The notes under the pieces are model-generated. The model did not search any database. It was not told the origin of the DNA and saw nothing but the letters and a program-made list of their open reading frames with translations. The position numbers and the translations under genes were made by a program. This document shows, one piece after another, positions 27,101 to 37,427 of a DNA stretch of 55,796 nt (positions within the stretch are counted from its first letter, which is position 1; each line of letters opens with the position of its first letter). The DNA comes from SAR202 cluster bacterium (lineage in GTDB: Bacteria > Chloroflexota > Dehalococcoidia > Lucifugimonadales > UBA3495). Location of the stretch: positions 1 through 55,796 of the forward strand of contig VFHF01000182.1 in assembly GCA_009392095.1 (NCBI GenBank), in the 5' to 3' direction.

Positions 27101-28384
27101 CTAAAGCTCCCCCTCCAGCCGGTTGATTACCAAGCCAGTAGGCAGCTTGGGGAAGAAGAATGTGGACTTCCGCGGCAACCTTTGCCCGCCGCCCACGATG
27201 CTCTCGAATGCATCCAACGGGAATGGCTTCAGAAGGAAAACCATCTGCAACTCCCCGCTCTCGGCTTGAGCGACCGCTTCTTCATGGTCGTGCATGAAAT
27301 CCAGGTGGTCTAAAGTGGCGTCTCCCAACTCGGGGCGCAGTACCTGTTCCTCAAGGACCCAGGCTTCAGATGTGGCCAGCGCACCCCAGCTAGGCTCAAC
27401 CGCCGACTCTTTCAGCGTCAGCATGGCGGCGCCGCCACTGTCCACCGATGCGAGCAACCGCTGATTGGCTCCCAGGCGGTCTACCTGTTCCACCAAGGCG
27501 TCTGAGTTGCCGGTCAAAGTTTCCGAGTCGAACAATTCGCTTAGCTTGGCCTTGATGTTGGCGAGCTTGTCGGCTGGGACTCCGTTCAGGGTGCGGTGAT
27601 ATCCCAGCACGACCAGTCCGGGGTCGTCGAAGGCAATCAGTGTCATCATGACGAAATTGTGGGCCAGATTTGGCGCTTTGGCCGCGTTGCTCTCGGCGTG
27701 GCGGTCCAGTTGGTACTGCCTAGCTGCTTCGTAGCGGTGGTGGCCATCGGCCAAGTAGATGGGCCGGGAGGCGAAAAATTCACCGATCTGGCTTTGCACG
27801 GCCGGGTCGGTGATGCGCCAAAGGGCAGTGGCGCCGCCGGACTCGTCCGTGGCGTCAAATTCCGGAGCGCCGATCATGATCTCATGATATACGCGGTCCA
27901 ACTCCCCATCGGCGTCACGGTAGATGGACATTATTGGGCTGATATTGGCCGAAAGCGACTCCATCAACCAGACACGGTCTTGGATGGCAGGCGCTTGGGT
28001 GAACTCGTGGGGCAGCACCTGGCGCGCAGCGTAATCTTCTAACCCTACCGATGCGATCAAACCCACCCGCACCATGTTCTTTCCGCATAAAGGGAAGCTG
28101 TGGCGCATCAGGTAGTAGCTGGGCGACTCATCCTGTTGCAGGACTCCATCTTGCCGCCAGCGGTCGAACAGGTTGGAAGTTGCGGCGTATTGTTCCTTGG
28201 CTGAGGTGTTCCAGTCCAGGCCCTCGCCGGCCTCCAGATGGATGACGTTGTACTGGTTCTGGCGCTTGAGCGCTTCCTGGTTCTCCTCGTTAATCATGTC
28301 GTAGGGAGGGCACAGCACCGAGGCCATGTCTCCCACAGTTTCCTGGTTGTACCGCCATCCTCTGAAGGGGCTTACCGCTGCCAT
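27101..28384 (-). CDS. DUF1015 domain protein
   Basis: 427 aa. N-terminal SPFRGWRYN and ADGHHRYEAA motifs characteristic of DUF1015. Confidence 0.8.
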   Translation of the reverse strand: MAAVSPFRGWRYNQETVGDMASVLCPPYDMINEENQEALKRQNQYNVIHLEAGEGLDWNTSAKEQYAATSNLFDRWRQDGVLQQDESPSYYLMRHSFPLCGKNMVRVGLIASVGLEDYAARQVLPHEFTQAPAIQDRVWLMESLSANISPIMSIYRDADGELDRVYHEIMIGAPEFDATDESGGATALWRITDPAVQSQIGEFFASRPIYLADGHHRYEAARQYQLDRHAESNAAKAPNLAHNFVMMTLIAFDDPGLVVLGYHRTLNGVPADKLANIKAKLSELFDSETLTGNSDALVEQVDRLGANQRLLASVDSGGAAMLTLKESAVEPSWGALATSEAWVLEEQVLRPELGDATLDHLDFMHDHEEAVAQAESGELQMVFLLKPFPLDAFESIVGGGQRLPRKSTFFFPKLPTGLVINRLEGEL

Positions 28385-28527
28385 TCCAACACCTGCGCGT
28401 AATTATTTTTGCTAAATACCCGGTCAATCGTTAGTCTAGTCGCAGGCTCGATTATAGGTTAAGCCCCACGGCCAGTCCACAGCCATAACGGGAAAGAGGG
28501 ATGCCAGGGTGGGCTGGGTTGTGCTTG

Positions 28528-28536
28528 TGATATACT
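28528..28536 (+). promoter_or_regulatory. extended -10 element TGATATACT upstream of argJ
   Basis: Lies 56 nt upstream of ATG 28593. No good -35. Confidence 0.3.
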
Positions 28537-28592
28537 CTGTGCTTGCTCAGGCACGGATATAGAGTCTATATAACCCATAAGGAAGGTAGCCC

Positions 28593-29813
28593 ATGGCCGG
28601 CCCAATCAACCACGTAGAAGGCGGCACTATAACCACCGCCAAAGGTTTCAAAGCTGGAGGTACCTACGTGGGTATCAAGACGTTCACCGAAGACAAGATG
28701 GACATGGGACTGCTACTGTCTGACACCCCCTGCGCCGCAGCCGGAGTGTTCACCAAGAGCGCTCTGGTATCGCCGTCGGTCACCGTAAACCGTGAGACCA
28801 TGGCGGCGGGCGGACCGATCCGTGGGATGGTGGTCAATTCCGGCATCGCCAACGCCGGCGTGGGAGAGCAGGGCTACACCGACGCCAAAGAGATGGCCGC
28901 CGTGGCCGCTGCAGGACTGGGCGTGAAGGCTGAAGAAGTATTTGTCTTCAGTACCGGCGTTATCGGCGTTGAGCTGCCCATGACATTGATCAAACAGGGC
29001 GTAGAACAGATCGAGCTGTCTGATGACGGTGGAAACTCGCTGGCCCGGGCCATGATGACCACGGACACCCACACCAAAGAAGCGGCTGTCACGGTCAATG
29101 TTGGAGGCAAGGAGATCAATATCTCCGGTGTGGCTAAGGGTTCTGGAATGATTCACCCCAACATGGCGACGATGCTCTGTTTCGTGGCGACAGACGCCGC
29201 CGTGGAGCAAGACTTTTTACGAAGTATCCTGCCTGATATCGCCGACAGCACCCTGAACATGCTGGACATCGATGGCGACACCAGCACAAACGATAGCCTG
29301 GTGGTCCTGGCCAATGGGGCCGCTGGCAATGCGGTTATATCTGCTGGAAGCGCCGATGCCGACACATTTAGAGACGCCCTGATGGAACTCTTGGTCCAGT
29401 TGACGCGTCAGTTGGCCCAGGACGGCGAGGGCGCCACAACGTTGATCGTCGCAAAAGTTGAGGGCGCAAAGAACATCGCAGACGCTCGCCTGGCGGCCAA
29501 GACCATCACGTCGTCCCTTTTGGTCAAATCAGCGGTTTACGGCGCAGACCCCAACTGGGGCCGGTTGATCATGGCCCTGGGCCGGAGCGGCGCTGAGATG
29601 GTCGAGTCGAAGATAGACCTGTACATCAACGGCGTCTGCATCATGGAGTCCGGCAAGCCAGTGCCATTCGCCCGGGACGCTGTCGTAGCGCTGATGCGGG
29701 GCGATGAAGTCACCTTCGGAGTCAATTTAAATCTTTCGGACGGTCAGGCTACCGCTTGGGGCTGCGACCTCACCGAAGAATACGTGGTCATCAACAGTGC
29801 CTACACCACCTAA
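28593..29813 (+). CDS. argJ: bifunctional glutamate N-acetyltransferase / amino-acid acetyltransferase
   Basis: 406 aa. MMTTDT and autoprocessing site PNMATMLCFVATDA. AAGGAAGG RBS. Confidence 0.9.
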   Translation: MAGPINHVEGGTITTAKGFKAGGTYVGIKTFTEDKMDMGLLLSDTPCAAAGVFTKSALVSPSVTVNRETMAAGGPIRGMVVNSGIANAGVGEQGYTDAKEMAAVAAAGLGVKAEEVFVFSTGVIGVELPMTLIKQGVEQIELSDDGGNSLARAMMTTDTHTKEAAVTVNVGGKEINISGVAKGSGMIHPNMATMLCFVATDAAVEQDFLRSILPDIADSTLNMLDIDGDTSTNDSLVVLANGAAGNAVISAGSADADTFRDALMELLVQLTRQLAQDGEGATTLIVAKVEGAKNIADARLAAKTITSSLLVKSAVYGADPNWGRLIMALGRSGAEMVESKIDLYINGVCIMESGKPVPFARDAVVALMRGDEVTFGVNLNLSDGQATAWGCDLTEEYVVINSAYTT

Positions 29814-30029
29814 TCCGACTTTCAACACTACTATTGGCCTGACCACCTGTGCTCGCACACGGTTGCGTCCGAGTTCTGAGTAGACATTCGGGCGTGGGAC
29901 GGCCGTCCCTGATAGCAGGGCCAGCGGCAGTCTGATCGCATTTCCGGCGGCTCTTACGGTCCCTATTGGCAGCCGATTCCACACCCATTCGCCCCATCTT
30001 GATTTGAGTATTTTCGTTTGGAGAGATAA

Positions 30030-30872
30030 TTGGCGGGCCAACCGGTAAAAAGCCGTCCATTAGTGGTTAAGATCGGTGGCAGCACCCTGGGTAGTCACGA
30101 CACTAGCCTCCGGGACCTGGTGCGGTTGCAACAGGAAGGGCGTGAAGTGGTGGTGGTCCACGGTGGCGGCAACGTGATATCCCAATGGATGCAGCGCCAA
30201 GGCTTAGCGCCCCAGTTCGTGGGGGGCCTGCGAGTTACCGACGCGCCCAGCCTCGAGATTGTGGTTGCCGTCCTTACCGGACTGATCAACAAAGAACTGG
30301 TATCCCAGATGCACGAGTTGGGAGGTCGGTCAGTGGGCCTCAGTGGCATCGACGGCTGCATGATCGAGGCCAAGATTGGCAACCCGGAACTCGGATTCGT
30401 TGGCGAGGTGACCAGCATCAACAATGAACCGATCAGGGCTCTGCTGGATAATGGGTATATCCCAATGATCGCACCTCTGGGCGTGCACGAACGAGATGGC
30501 TCCGAGAACGCGGGCAGCCCACTCAACATCAATGGCGATACAGTGGCGGGGGAACTGGCCTACGCCTTGGAGGCCGAGCAATTGATCTTTCTGACGGACG
30601 TCACCGGCGTTATGGATGGTGGTGGCCGCGTGATTCGGCGGCTGGACCGGCGCCGGGCCAACATCCTCTTCAACTCAGGCGTGATCCAAGGGGGAATGAT
30701 CCCCAAGCTTTCGGCCTGTCTTCGGGCCCTGGAACGCTCTCCCATTGCAAACATCATTGACGGACGGCAGCCAGATGCACTTCTGGAGTGCGTCCGCGGA
30801 AACTCAAGCGGCACCACGATCATTGAAGATTTCAGAAGCGTCCGCAGACGCGATAATGCAGACGGTGTGTAA
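30030..30872 (+). CDS. argB: acetylglutamate kinase
   Basis: 280 aa. TTG start behind GGAGAG. Motifs VVKIGGS, VVVHGGG and NINGDTVAGELA. Confidence 0.9.
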   Translation: MAGQPVKSRPLVVKIGGSTLGSHDTSLRDLVRLQQEGREVVVVHGGGNVISQWMQRQGLAPQFVGGLRVTDAPSLEIVVAVLTGLINKELVSQMHELGGRSVGLSGIDGCMIEAKIGNPELGFVGEVTSINNEPIRALLDNGYIPMIAPLGVHERDGSENAGSPLNINGDTVAGELAYALEAEQLIFLTDVTGVMDGGGRVIRRLDRRRANILFNSGVIQGGMIPKLSACLRALERSPIANIIDGRQPDALLECVRGNSSGTTIIEDFRSVRRRDNADGV

Positions 30873-30922
30873 TCTTATGCGCCAAGCGCTTCTTCATTGA
30901 TCAACTAACGATTACCTAAGCC

Positions 30923-33655
30923 ATGAGCTTTGACCTAACAAACGACTCCGACGAGCCAGAAAGCCCGAACTTGCCGGGAGTCTCGGCTGTCGCTCTCCGA
31001 CGGGCGCGCAATGGATGCATAACCGCCGTTTCCCTACTCTTTGCATTCTTGGTCCTGTGGTGGCTCCGGACGGTCTACACTGATCTGCTGTGGTATGACG
31101 AACTTGGTTACCAAGGTGTGTTCACCAAGATATTGGTGATGAAGATCTGGCTTTTTGTCGGCGGGACAACGGTGACGGCAGCGGCGCTAATCGTCAACTT
31201 CTACTTCACTTTCCGGTTTTCCCGAGGCCCTTCCACCCTTCCTGTTACCGAAGAGACCATGCGGCTATTGCGGGCCCTCTTGGTGGCGGCCGTCGTGATT
31301 ACGGTTTTGACGGCTGCGCCGGTTTTCGGATCAGCCGCAGCTGGCCGCTGGGAAGTCTTTTTGCTGTTCCTGAACAAAGTATCTTTTGGTGTTTCGGACG
31401 CCGAATTCGGCCAAGACCTTTCCTTCTTCATCGTAACCGTGCGCATGCTGAATTTCGTGCAGGTCTGGGTTATGGGCATACTGATCGTGTCGGTCGTGAT
31501 GTCTTTGTTTCTCTATGCGGGGATCTACGGCCTAAGAGGTTTGAACTTCTTCCTGGCGCCTAGGATGCTGAAACACATAGGAATCCTGGGCGGTCTGCTA
31601 ATGTTGAGCATCGCCAGCGGGCATGTCCTTGTTATCTACGACTTGGTTCTGTCCTCGGGCGGATTGGTGGCTGGAGCGGGGTATACGGACATTCACGCCC
31701 GGATACCGGTTCTCTGGCTGATGACCGCCATCGCGACTCTTGGCGCGGCCGCTTTCTTCGCCAGCCATTATTTCGGTGGTCTACGGCTGATGGCCGGGGC
31801 TTTCAGCCTTTGGGTCATTATGGTTTTGTTGGCCAACCTGGCCTTCCCCGCTTTGTTCCAACGCTTCCAGGTGGACCCGAACCAGTTTGAACGCGAACAG
31901 GTCTACATAGATCGGAACATCGAGGCCACCCGGGCTGCTTACCAATTGGACCAAGTTGAACAGGTCGCCCTTCCAACGGTCGGTGATATAGATGCCGATG
32001 TGGTGGCTAACAACCTGCCGGTCATTGAGAACATCAGGTTGTGGGATGTGGAACCGTTGCAGGATGCCTATAACCAACTCCAATTTATGGAGCTTTACTA
32101 TAACTTCCTGAACATGGACTCGGACCGGTACATATTGGATGGGAAGCTGCGCCAGGTGCTTCTAGCAGCGCGGGAATTGGACCCAGAAAACCTGCCGGCA
32201 GACGCCCGAAACTGGGTAAACCGTAGGCTCCAGTACACCCACGGCTTCGGCGTCGCCATGAGTCCGGCCATCGGCTTTACTCCGGAAGAGGGACGCCCGG
32301 AGTTTTTCATACAGGACATCCCAATCCGCGGTGAGATTCCAATAGAACGGCCGGAGATTTACTACGGCGAATCCCCAGCGCCCTTCGCCATCGTGAACAG
32401 CTCGGCCCCCGAGATCGATCCTTCGGGCAGTGACCTGCATTACCAGGGAGAGGGCGGGGTGGACCTGGGTGGCACCTTCCGGCGGCTGGCTTACGCCTGG
32501 CAATTCGCCGATATCAACATATTGCTCAGCGACCAGATATCCTCCGGCACCAAGATTCAGTACCGGCGTCAGATCAGCGGCCGGGTCAAGGCGCTGGCAC
32601 CTTTTCTGACTATGGATGAAGACCCTTACCCGGTGGTGGATGGCTCAGGGAAGCTGTGGTGGTTGCAGGATGCGTTCACGACGACCGACCGTTACCCCTA
32701 CTCGACATTTACGGTCAGCGGTTTCAATTACATCCGCAATAGCGTCAAGGCGGTGGTCGATGCTTTCAGTGGCGAGGTGTCCATCTATGTCATGGACCCC
32801 AGCGATCCGCTGCTGCAGATGTACCGCCGAGCCTTCCCGGAATTGTTCTTGGACTTTGACGAGATGCCCTCTGAGCTCCAAGCCCACATCCGCTACCCCA
32901 ACGGTCTGTTCTCGGTCCAGGCGGAAATGTACCTGCGTTATCACGTCACCGATACCCAGGTGTTCTTCAACCAGGCCGACCAGTGGGCAATACCCGAGGA
33001 CAGCCGCTTTGGCAGGCGAGGAGTTGAGGTCCACCCGTCATACCTAATGTTGCAGATGCCTGGCGGCGATAGCGAAGAGTTTGTGTTAATGTTGCCTTTC
33101 AGTCCGGCCGGCGAGAAAAAGAACCTGGTCGGTTGGCTAACGGCCCGGAACGACGGCGTTCATTACGGCAAGCTAAATGCCTTCACGGTGCCTAAAGACC
33201 CGCAGGTCCATGGGCCCAGTCAAGTGGAAGCCCGGATTGAAAATGACCCGTTAATTTCCCAGCAATTCACGTTGTGGGGAGGAGAAGGAGAGGGGTCACG
33301 CATTGTCAGAGGGCAGCTGCTGGTCATACCGGTGGGCGATGCGATAATCTATGTGGAGCCTCTGTATCTCCAATCAGAAGCGCTGGCATTTCCAGAGCTC
33401 AAAAAGGTTATCCTAGCCGACGGCAGTAACGTGGTTATGGCGGACAGCGTTGGAGGGGGGTTGGCGATGCTGCTGGAGGGTAAGGCGCCTTCTGATGTCG
33501 TGCCTATTGGGTCGGGTGTGGAAGGCCAGGCGACTCCGAACTCGGAAGACTTGCGGGTAATCGAGCATGCAGTCACCGAACTGGACGAGGCCTTGAAAGA
33601 TATCCAAGAGGCTGTAGAACGCCTACGAGAGTCCTTAGAAAAGGACCCGAAATGA
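30923..33655 (+). CDS. UPF0182 family large membrane protein
   Basis: 910 aa. About 7 N-terminal TM helices, then a large soluble domain. YTDLLWYDELGYQGVF and C-terminal RGQLLVIPVGDAIIYVEPLYLQSE are typical of UPF0182. Confidence 0.8.
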   Translation: MSFDLTNDSDEPESPNLPGVSAVALRRARNGCITAVSLLFAFLVLWWLRTVYTDLLWYDELGYQGVFTKILVMKIWLFVGGTTVTAAALIVNFYFTFRFSRGPSTLPVTEETMRLLRALLVAAVVITVLTAAPVFGSAAAGRWEVFLLFLNKVSFGVSDAEFGQDLSFFIVTVRMLNFVQVWVMGILIVSVVMSLFLYAGIYGLRGLNFFLAPRMLKHIGILGGLLMLSIASGHVLVIYDLVLSSGGLVAGAGYTDIHARIPVLWLMTAIATLGAAAFFASHYFGGLRLMAGAFSLWVIMVLLANLAFPALFQRFQVDPNQFEREQVYIDRNIEATRAAYQLDQVEQVALPTVGDIDADVVANNLPVIENIRLWDVEPLQDAYNQLQFMELYYNFLNMDSDRYILDGKLRQVLLAARELDPENLPADARNWVNRRLQYTHGFGVAMSPAIGFTPEEGRPEFFIQDIPIRGEIPIERPEIYYGESPAPFAIVNSSAPEIDPSGSDLHYQGEGGVDLGGTFRRLAYAWQFADINILLSDQISSGTKIQYRRQISGRVKALAPFLTMDEDPYPVVDGSGKLWWLQDAFTTTDRYPYSTFTVSGFNYIRNSVKAVVDAFSGEVSIYVMDPSDPLLQMYRRAFPELFLDFDEMPSELQAHIRYPNGLFSVQAEMYLRYHVTDTQVFFNQADQWAIPEDSRFGRRGVEVHPSYLMLQMPGGDSEEFVLMLPFSPAGEKKNLVGWLTARNDGVHYGKLNAFTVPKDPQVHGPSQVEARIENDPLISQQFTLWGGEGEGSRIVRGQLLVIPVGDAIIYVEPLYLQSEALAFPELKKVILADGSNVVMADSVGGGLAMLLEGKAPSDVVPIGSGVEGQATPNSEDLRVIEHAVTELDEALKDIQEAVERLRESLEKDPK

Positions 33656-33685
33656 CCAAGACCGACAATGGGGAGGACACCCGCA

Positions 33686-34876
33686 ATGACCAAGAGCAGT
33701 GATTGGATCGAAGTTGAGAAGAAGTATTACGCCCAGACGGTACGCCGCCAACCGGTGGTGCTGGTCAAGGGCGAAGGTACCCGTGCTTGGGATGCCGATG
33801 GGAAAGAGTATCTGGACTTCGTGGCCGGTTGGGCTGTGAACCAGTTGGGTCATTGCCATCCGGTGGTGACCAAAGCTATCGCAGACCAAGCCGCAACGCT
33901 GATGCAGGTTTCAAACCAGTTCTACAGCGTGCCCCAACTACAATTGGCCGAGACGCTGGTTGAGAACAGCGCCCTGGACCTAGTGTTCTTCGGCAACAGT
34001 GGGGCTGAGGCCAACGAAGGGGCCATGAAACTGGCCCGCCGTTACGGCAAGCTTAACCGCGACGGCGCCTATGAGATCATCACAACCTTGAATTCGTTCC
34101 ATGGCCGGACCATGGGCACCTTGGCCGCAACCGGACAGCCCCACTACCAGGAGAACTTCACGCCTTTGCAGCCCGGTTTCGTACACGTTGATTACAACGA
34201 CGTTGAAGCCATCATGGAGGCCACCAACGAAAGGACGGCCGCAGTGATGATCGAGCCGGTGCAGGGCGAGGCGGGCGTGATTATTCCCGCTGACGACTAT
34301 CTGCAGCGAATCCGGGACTGGTGCGACAAGCAGGGAATACTGCTGATCTTAGACGAAGTCCAGACTGGCATGGGCCGTCTGGGCAGCCTGTTCGGATACC
34401 AAGAATATGGTATCGAGCCTGATGTCATGACGCTGGCCAAAGGGCTCGGATACGGCGTCCCCATCGGCGCCTTCATGTCCAAAGAGTCCTGCATGGCCTT
34501 GGTGCCGGGCGACCACGGCTCCACATTTGGCGGCAACATGCTGACTACAGCCGCCGCTTATGCGGGAACCAAATTCCTCATCGACAACGACATCCCCGGC
34601 AAGACCAAAGAGATGGAGCCCTACCTTCTGGGACGGCTGAACGACCTGAAGGACCGTTTCTCATTCGTTGCGGAGGTGAGGGGCAAGGGTCTGCTGGCCG
34701 CCATGGAGTTTGAGAGTGATATATCGCCTCAGGTGCTGACAGCAGCCAACGAGGCGGGGCTTCTGCTGAATGCGCCCCGGCCCACCACCATTCGCTTCAT
34801 GCCGCCTCTGACCGTAACTAGAGAAGAGATCGACGGGGCAGTGGAACGCCTGGGTAACGCCCTGGCGACTATCTAG
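33686..34876 (+). CDS. argD: acetylornithine aminotransferase
   Basis: Start set at ATG 33686, 9 nt after GGAGG. Class III aminotransferase motifs SGAEANEGA and DEVQTGMGRLG. PLP-Lys context TLAKGLG. Confidence 0.9.
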   Translation: MTKSSDWIEVEKKYYAQTVRRQPVVLVKGEGTRAWDADGKEYLDFVAGWAVNQLGHCHPVVTKAIADQAATLMQVSNQFYSVPQLQLAETLVENSALDLVFFGNSGAEANEGAMKLARRYGKLNRDGAYEIITTLNSFHGRTMGTLAATGQPHYQENFTPLQPGFVHVDYNDVEAIMEATNERTAAVMIEPVQGEAGVIIPADDYLQRIRDWCDKQGILLILDEVQTGMGRLGSLFGYQEYGIEPDVMTLAKGLGYGVPIGAFMSKESCMALVPGDHGSTFGGNMLTTAAAYAGTKFLIDNDIPGKTKEMEPYLLGRLNDLKDRFSFVAEVRGKGLLAAMEFESDISPQVLTAANEAGLLLNAPRPTTIRFMPPLTVTREEIDGAVERLGNALATI

Positions 34877-34985
34877 CGAACAGTCCCTTCCCTCGCGCAG
34901 AGGGAAGGTTAGGATGGGAGCGTCGGTTTACGCATCCGTCACGTCAGAATCTGGAAACAGGATCAAGGGGGCAACCTCAACAGAA

Positions 34986-36176
34986 ATGGCAAAGCCAAAA
35001 ATCGTATTGGCCTATAGCGGGGGACTGGATACCACCGTGGCTGTCCCGTGGCTACAGGAAAAGTACGACGCAGACATAATCACCTTAACCATTGACCTGG
35101 GGATGGTGGACCTGGAGTCCATCCGCCAACGGGCGCTGGCCATCGGCGCAATGCAAGCGCTAACCGTTGATGGTCGGGACACTCTAGCCAACGAATTCTT
35201 GTTCCCGTCCCTGCAGGCAGGCACGGTCTACGAAGAACAATACCCGCTGGCCACTGCGCTGGGGCGCCCGCTGATTGCCCGATATTTGGTTGAGGTTGCC
35301 AAGGAACACGGTGCCTACGCCATCGCCCACGGCTGCACGGGCAAAGGAAACGACCAGGTCAGACTGGAAGTCGGTATCGCCGCCCTGGGGCCGGGAATTG
35401 ACGTCATCGCGCCTATCCGTGACTGGGGAATGAGCCGGGAAGATGAGATCGAATACGGTCAGGCCCGGAATCTGCCCATCAACGCCAACCGGAGCCGGTT
35501 CTCCACCGACGAGAACCTATGGGGTCGGAGCGTCGAGGCCGGGGAGCTTGAAGACCCTTGGCTGGAACCGCCCGAGGACGCTTACGCCTGGACCAGTCCG
35601 GTGTCTGAAACTCCGGACGAGCCAGCCTACGTCGAGATTCATTTCGAGTGTGGCGTGCCCACTGCGGTCGACGGCGAGAACATGGCCGGGACCGACCTGA
35701 TAAATCATCTAAATACCCTATCCGGCGCCCACGGCATTGGTCGAATCGACCATGTGGAGAACCGATTGGTCGGGATCAAGTCGCGGGAGATATACGAGTG
35801 TCCGGCGGCCACGCTGCTGCACACGGCCCATACGGCGCTGGAAGCCATGACCCTGACCAAAGACCAGGCCCGCACCAAGGCCAGAATCGCCTTGGAGTAC
35901 GCCGATGTGGTCTACAACGGGCTCTGGTTTACCGCCCATCGGGCCGACCTTAACGCCTACGTCCAGAGCACTCAGCGGTACGTCACCGGCGATATCAAGA
36001 TGCGGCTGCATAAAGGCACCGGAACCGTTGTGGGGCGGCAGGCGCCCAAGGCCCTGTACAACTACGGACTGGCTACCTATGACCGCGCCGACGAGTTCGA
36101 CCACAGCTCGGCCGAGGGATTCATCAAGATCTTTGGCCTTTCAGTGCGCACCGAGAACCAGGTCCAGTCGGACTGA
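34986..36176 (+). CDS. argG: argininosuccinate synthase
   Basis: Start at ATG 34986 behind AAGGGGG. Motifs AYSGGLDT and GCTGKGNDQVR. Confidence 0.92.
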   Translation: MAKPKIVLAYSGGLDTTVAVPWLQEKYDADIITLTIDLGMVDLESIRQRALAIGAMQALTVDGRDTLANEFLFPSLQAGTVYEEQYPLATALGRPLIARYLVEVAKEHGAYAIAHGCTGKGNDQVRLEVGIAALGPGIDVIAPIRDWGMSREDEIEYGQARNLPINANRSRFSTDENLWGRSVEAGELEDPWLEPPEDAYAWTSPVSETPDEPAYVEIHFECGVPTAVDGENMAGTDLINHLNTLSGAHGIGRIDHVENRLVGIKSREIYECPAATLLHTAHTALEAMTLTKDQARTKARIALEYADVVYNGLWFTAHRADLNAYVQSTQRYVTGDIKMRLHKGTGTVVGRQAPKALYNYGLATYDRADEFDHSSAEGFIKIFGLSVRTENQVQSD

Positions 36177-36238
36177 GTTCCTGGAGTATTTCCACAAACA
36201 CTTCGCCAATTTTGTAGTCCCATGATTCCGGAGGACCG

Positions 36239-37405
36239 ATGACAGTTGCTGCCCGTATGAACGACTTGGGCACTGAGTCGGCGTTTGAGGTGCTGGCCAG
36301 GGCCCGCGCCTTGGAAGCCCAGGGCAAAGAGATAATCCACCTTGAGATCGGCGAGCCCGACTTCGAGACGCCCAGGCATATCATCGAGGCGGGCATGCAG
36401 GCTATCAGCGACGGTTTCACTCATTACGCCCCCACGGCCGGGCTGCCCGAACTTCGCGAGGCCATCGCCCGGAATAGCCGTGAAGTCCGGGGCACGGACA
36501 CCGACCCGGCCAACATTGTAGTGACGCCGGGCGCAAAACCCATCATGTTTTACGTGCTTCTGGCGCTGGCTGAGCCCGGTGTCGAAGTCATCTACCCCAA
36601 CCCCGGCTTCCCGATCTATGAATCCATGATCAAGTTCGCCGGCGCTACACCCGTGGCTATGCAGCTCATGGAAGAAACGGGCTACCACCCTGACATTGAT
36701 GCCTTGCCCGGCCTGATTACGGATAAAACACGGTTGATGATCATCAACTCTCCGGAGAACCCCTGTGGCTCGGCCCTGACCAAGGAGGAACTGGAAAAGA
36801 TCGCGGGGATCGTGATGCAGCACCCAGGGCTGTACGTGATGGCCGACGAGATCTATAAAGACATCCTCTACACGGGTGACCACTACAGCATCTCTTCCAT
36901 TCCCGGAATGCAGGAACGGACCATCATCCTGGACGGCTTTTCCAAGAGTTACGCAATGACCGGCTGGCGGATGGGCTACGGGATCCTTCCCGAGGAGTTG
37001 GTGCCCCATATCGTCAAGCTGGCCGTTAACAGCGTTTCTTGCGCAGCGCCATTCACCCAGAAGGCTGCGGTGGCGGCGCTAGAAGGGCCTAGGGATGAAG
37101 TCGAGGCCATGGTTGCCGAGTTTGGCATTCGCCGCCGGCTGATCGCTGCCGGCTTGCGAAGCATCCCTGGGGTTAACTGCCCCGAACCGGAAGGCGCGTT
37201 CTACGCATTTCCCAGCATCAAAGAGACCGGGCTCACATCCATAGAATTCGAGACTAAAGCGATGAACGAAGCCGGGGTCGCCCTGCTATCGGGCAGCGCC
37301 TTCGGCGAATACGGCGAGGGATACGTGCGTCTGTCTTACGCCAATTCCCAAGAAAATATTCAAAAAGCCATCAGCCAGTTGGACAAGATGGTACGCAGCC
37401 TCTAG
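36239..37405 (+). CDS. class I/II pyridoxal-phosphate aminotransferase (aspartate aminotransferase-like)
   Basis: 388 aa. NSPENPCG. PLP-Lys motif SKSYAMTGWRMGY. GGAGGA RBS. Confidence 0.85.
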   Translation: MTVAARMNDLGTESAFEVLARARALEAQGKEIIHLEIGEPDFETPRHIIEAGMQAISDGFTHYAPTAGLPELREAIARNSREVRGTDTDPANIVVTPGAKPIMFYVLLALAEPGVEVIYPNPGFPIYESMIKFAGATPVAMQLMEETGYHPDIDALPGLITDKTRLMIINSPENPCGSALTKEELEKIAGIVMQHPGLYVMADEIYKDILYTGDHYSISSIPGMQERTIILDGFSKSYAMTGWRMGYGILPEELVPHIVKLAVNSVSCAAPFTQKAAVAALEGPRDEVEAMVAEFGIRRRLIAAGLRSIPGVNCPEPEGAFYAFPSIKETGLTSIEFETKAMNEAGVALLSGSAFGEYGEGYVRLSYANSQENIQKAISQLDKMVRSL

Positions 37406-37427
37406 TAAGCAACAAAGGGAGTCGGAA

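Noticed and set aside
36077-37009. 310-aa minus-strand ORF antisense to argG and the aminotransferase gene
   Set aside because: Shadow ORF in GC-rich coding DNA with Arg/Gly/His-rich junk composition. It overlaps two strongly supported + strand genes. The same reasoning applies to 15863-16540, 8775-9539, 19172-19729, 22492-23118, 48523-49299, 50922-51473, 1946-2356 and similar ORFs.
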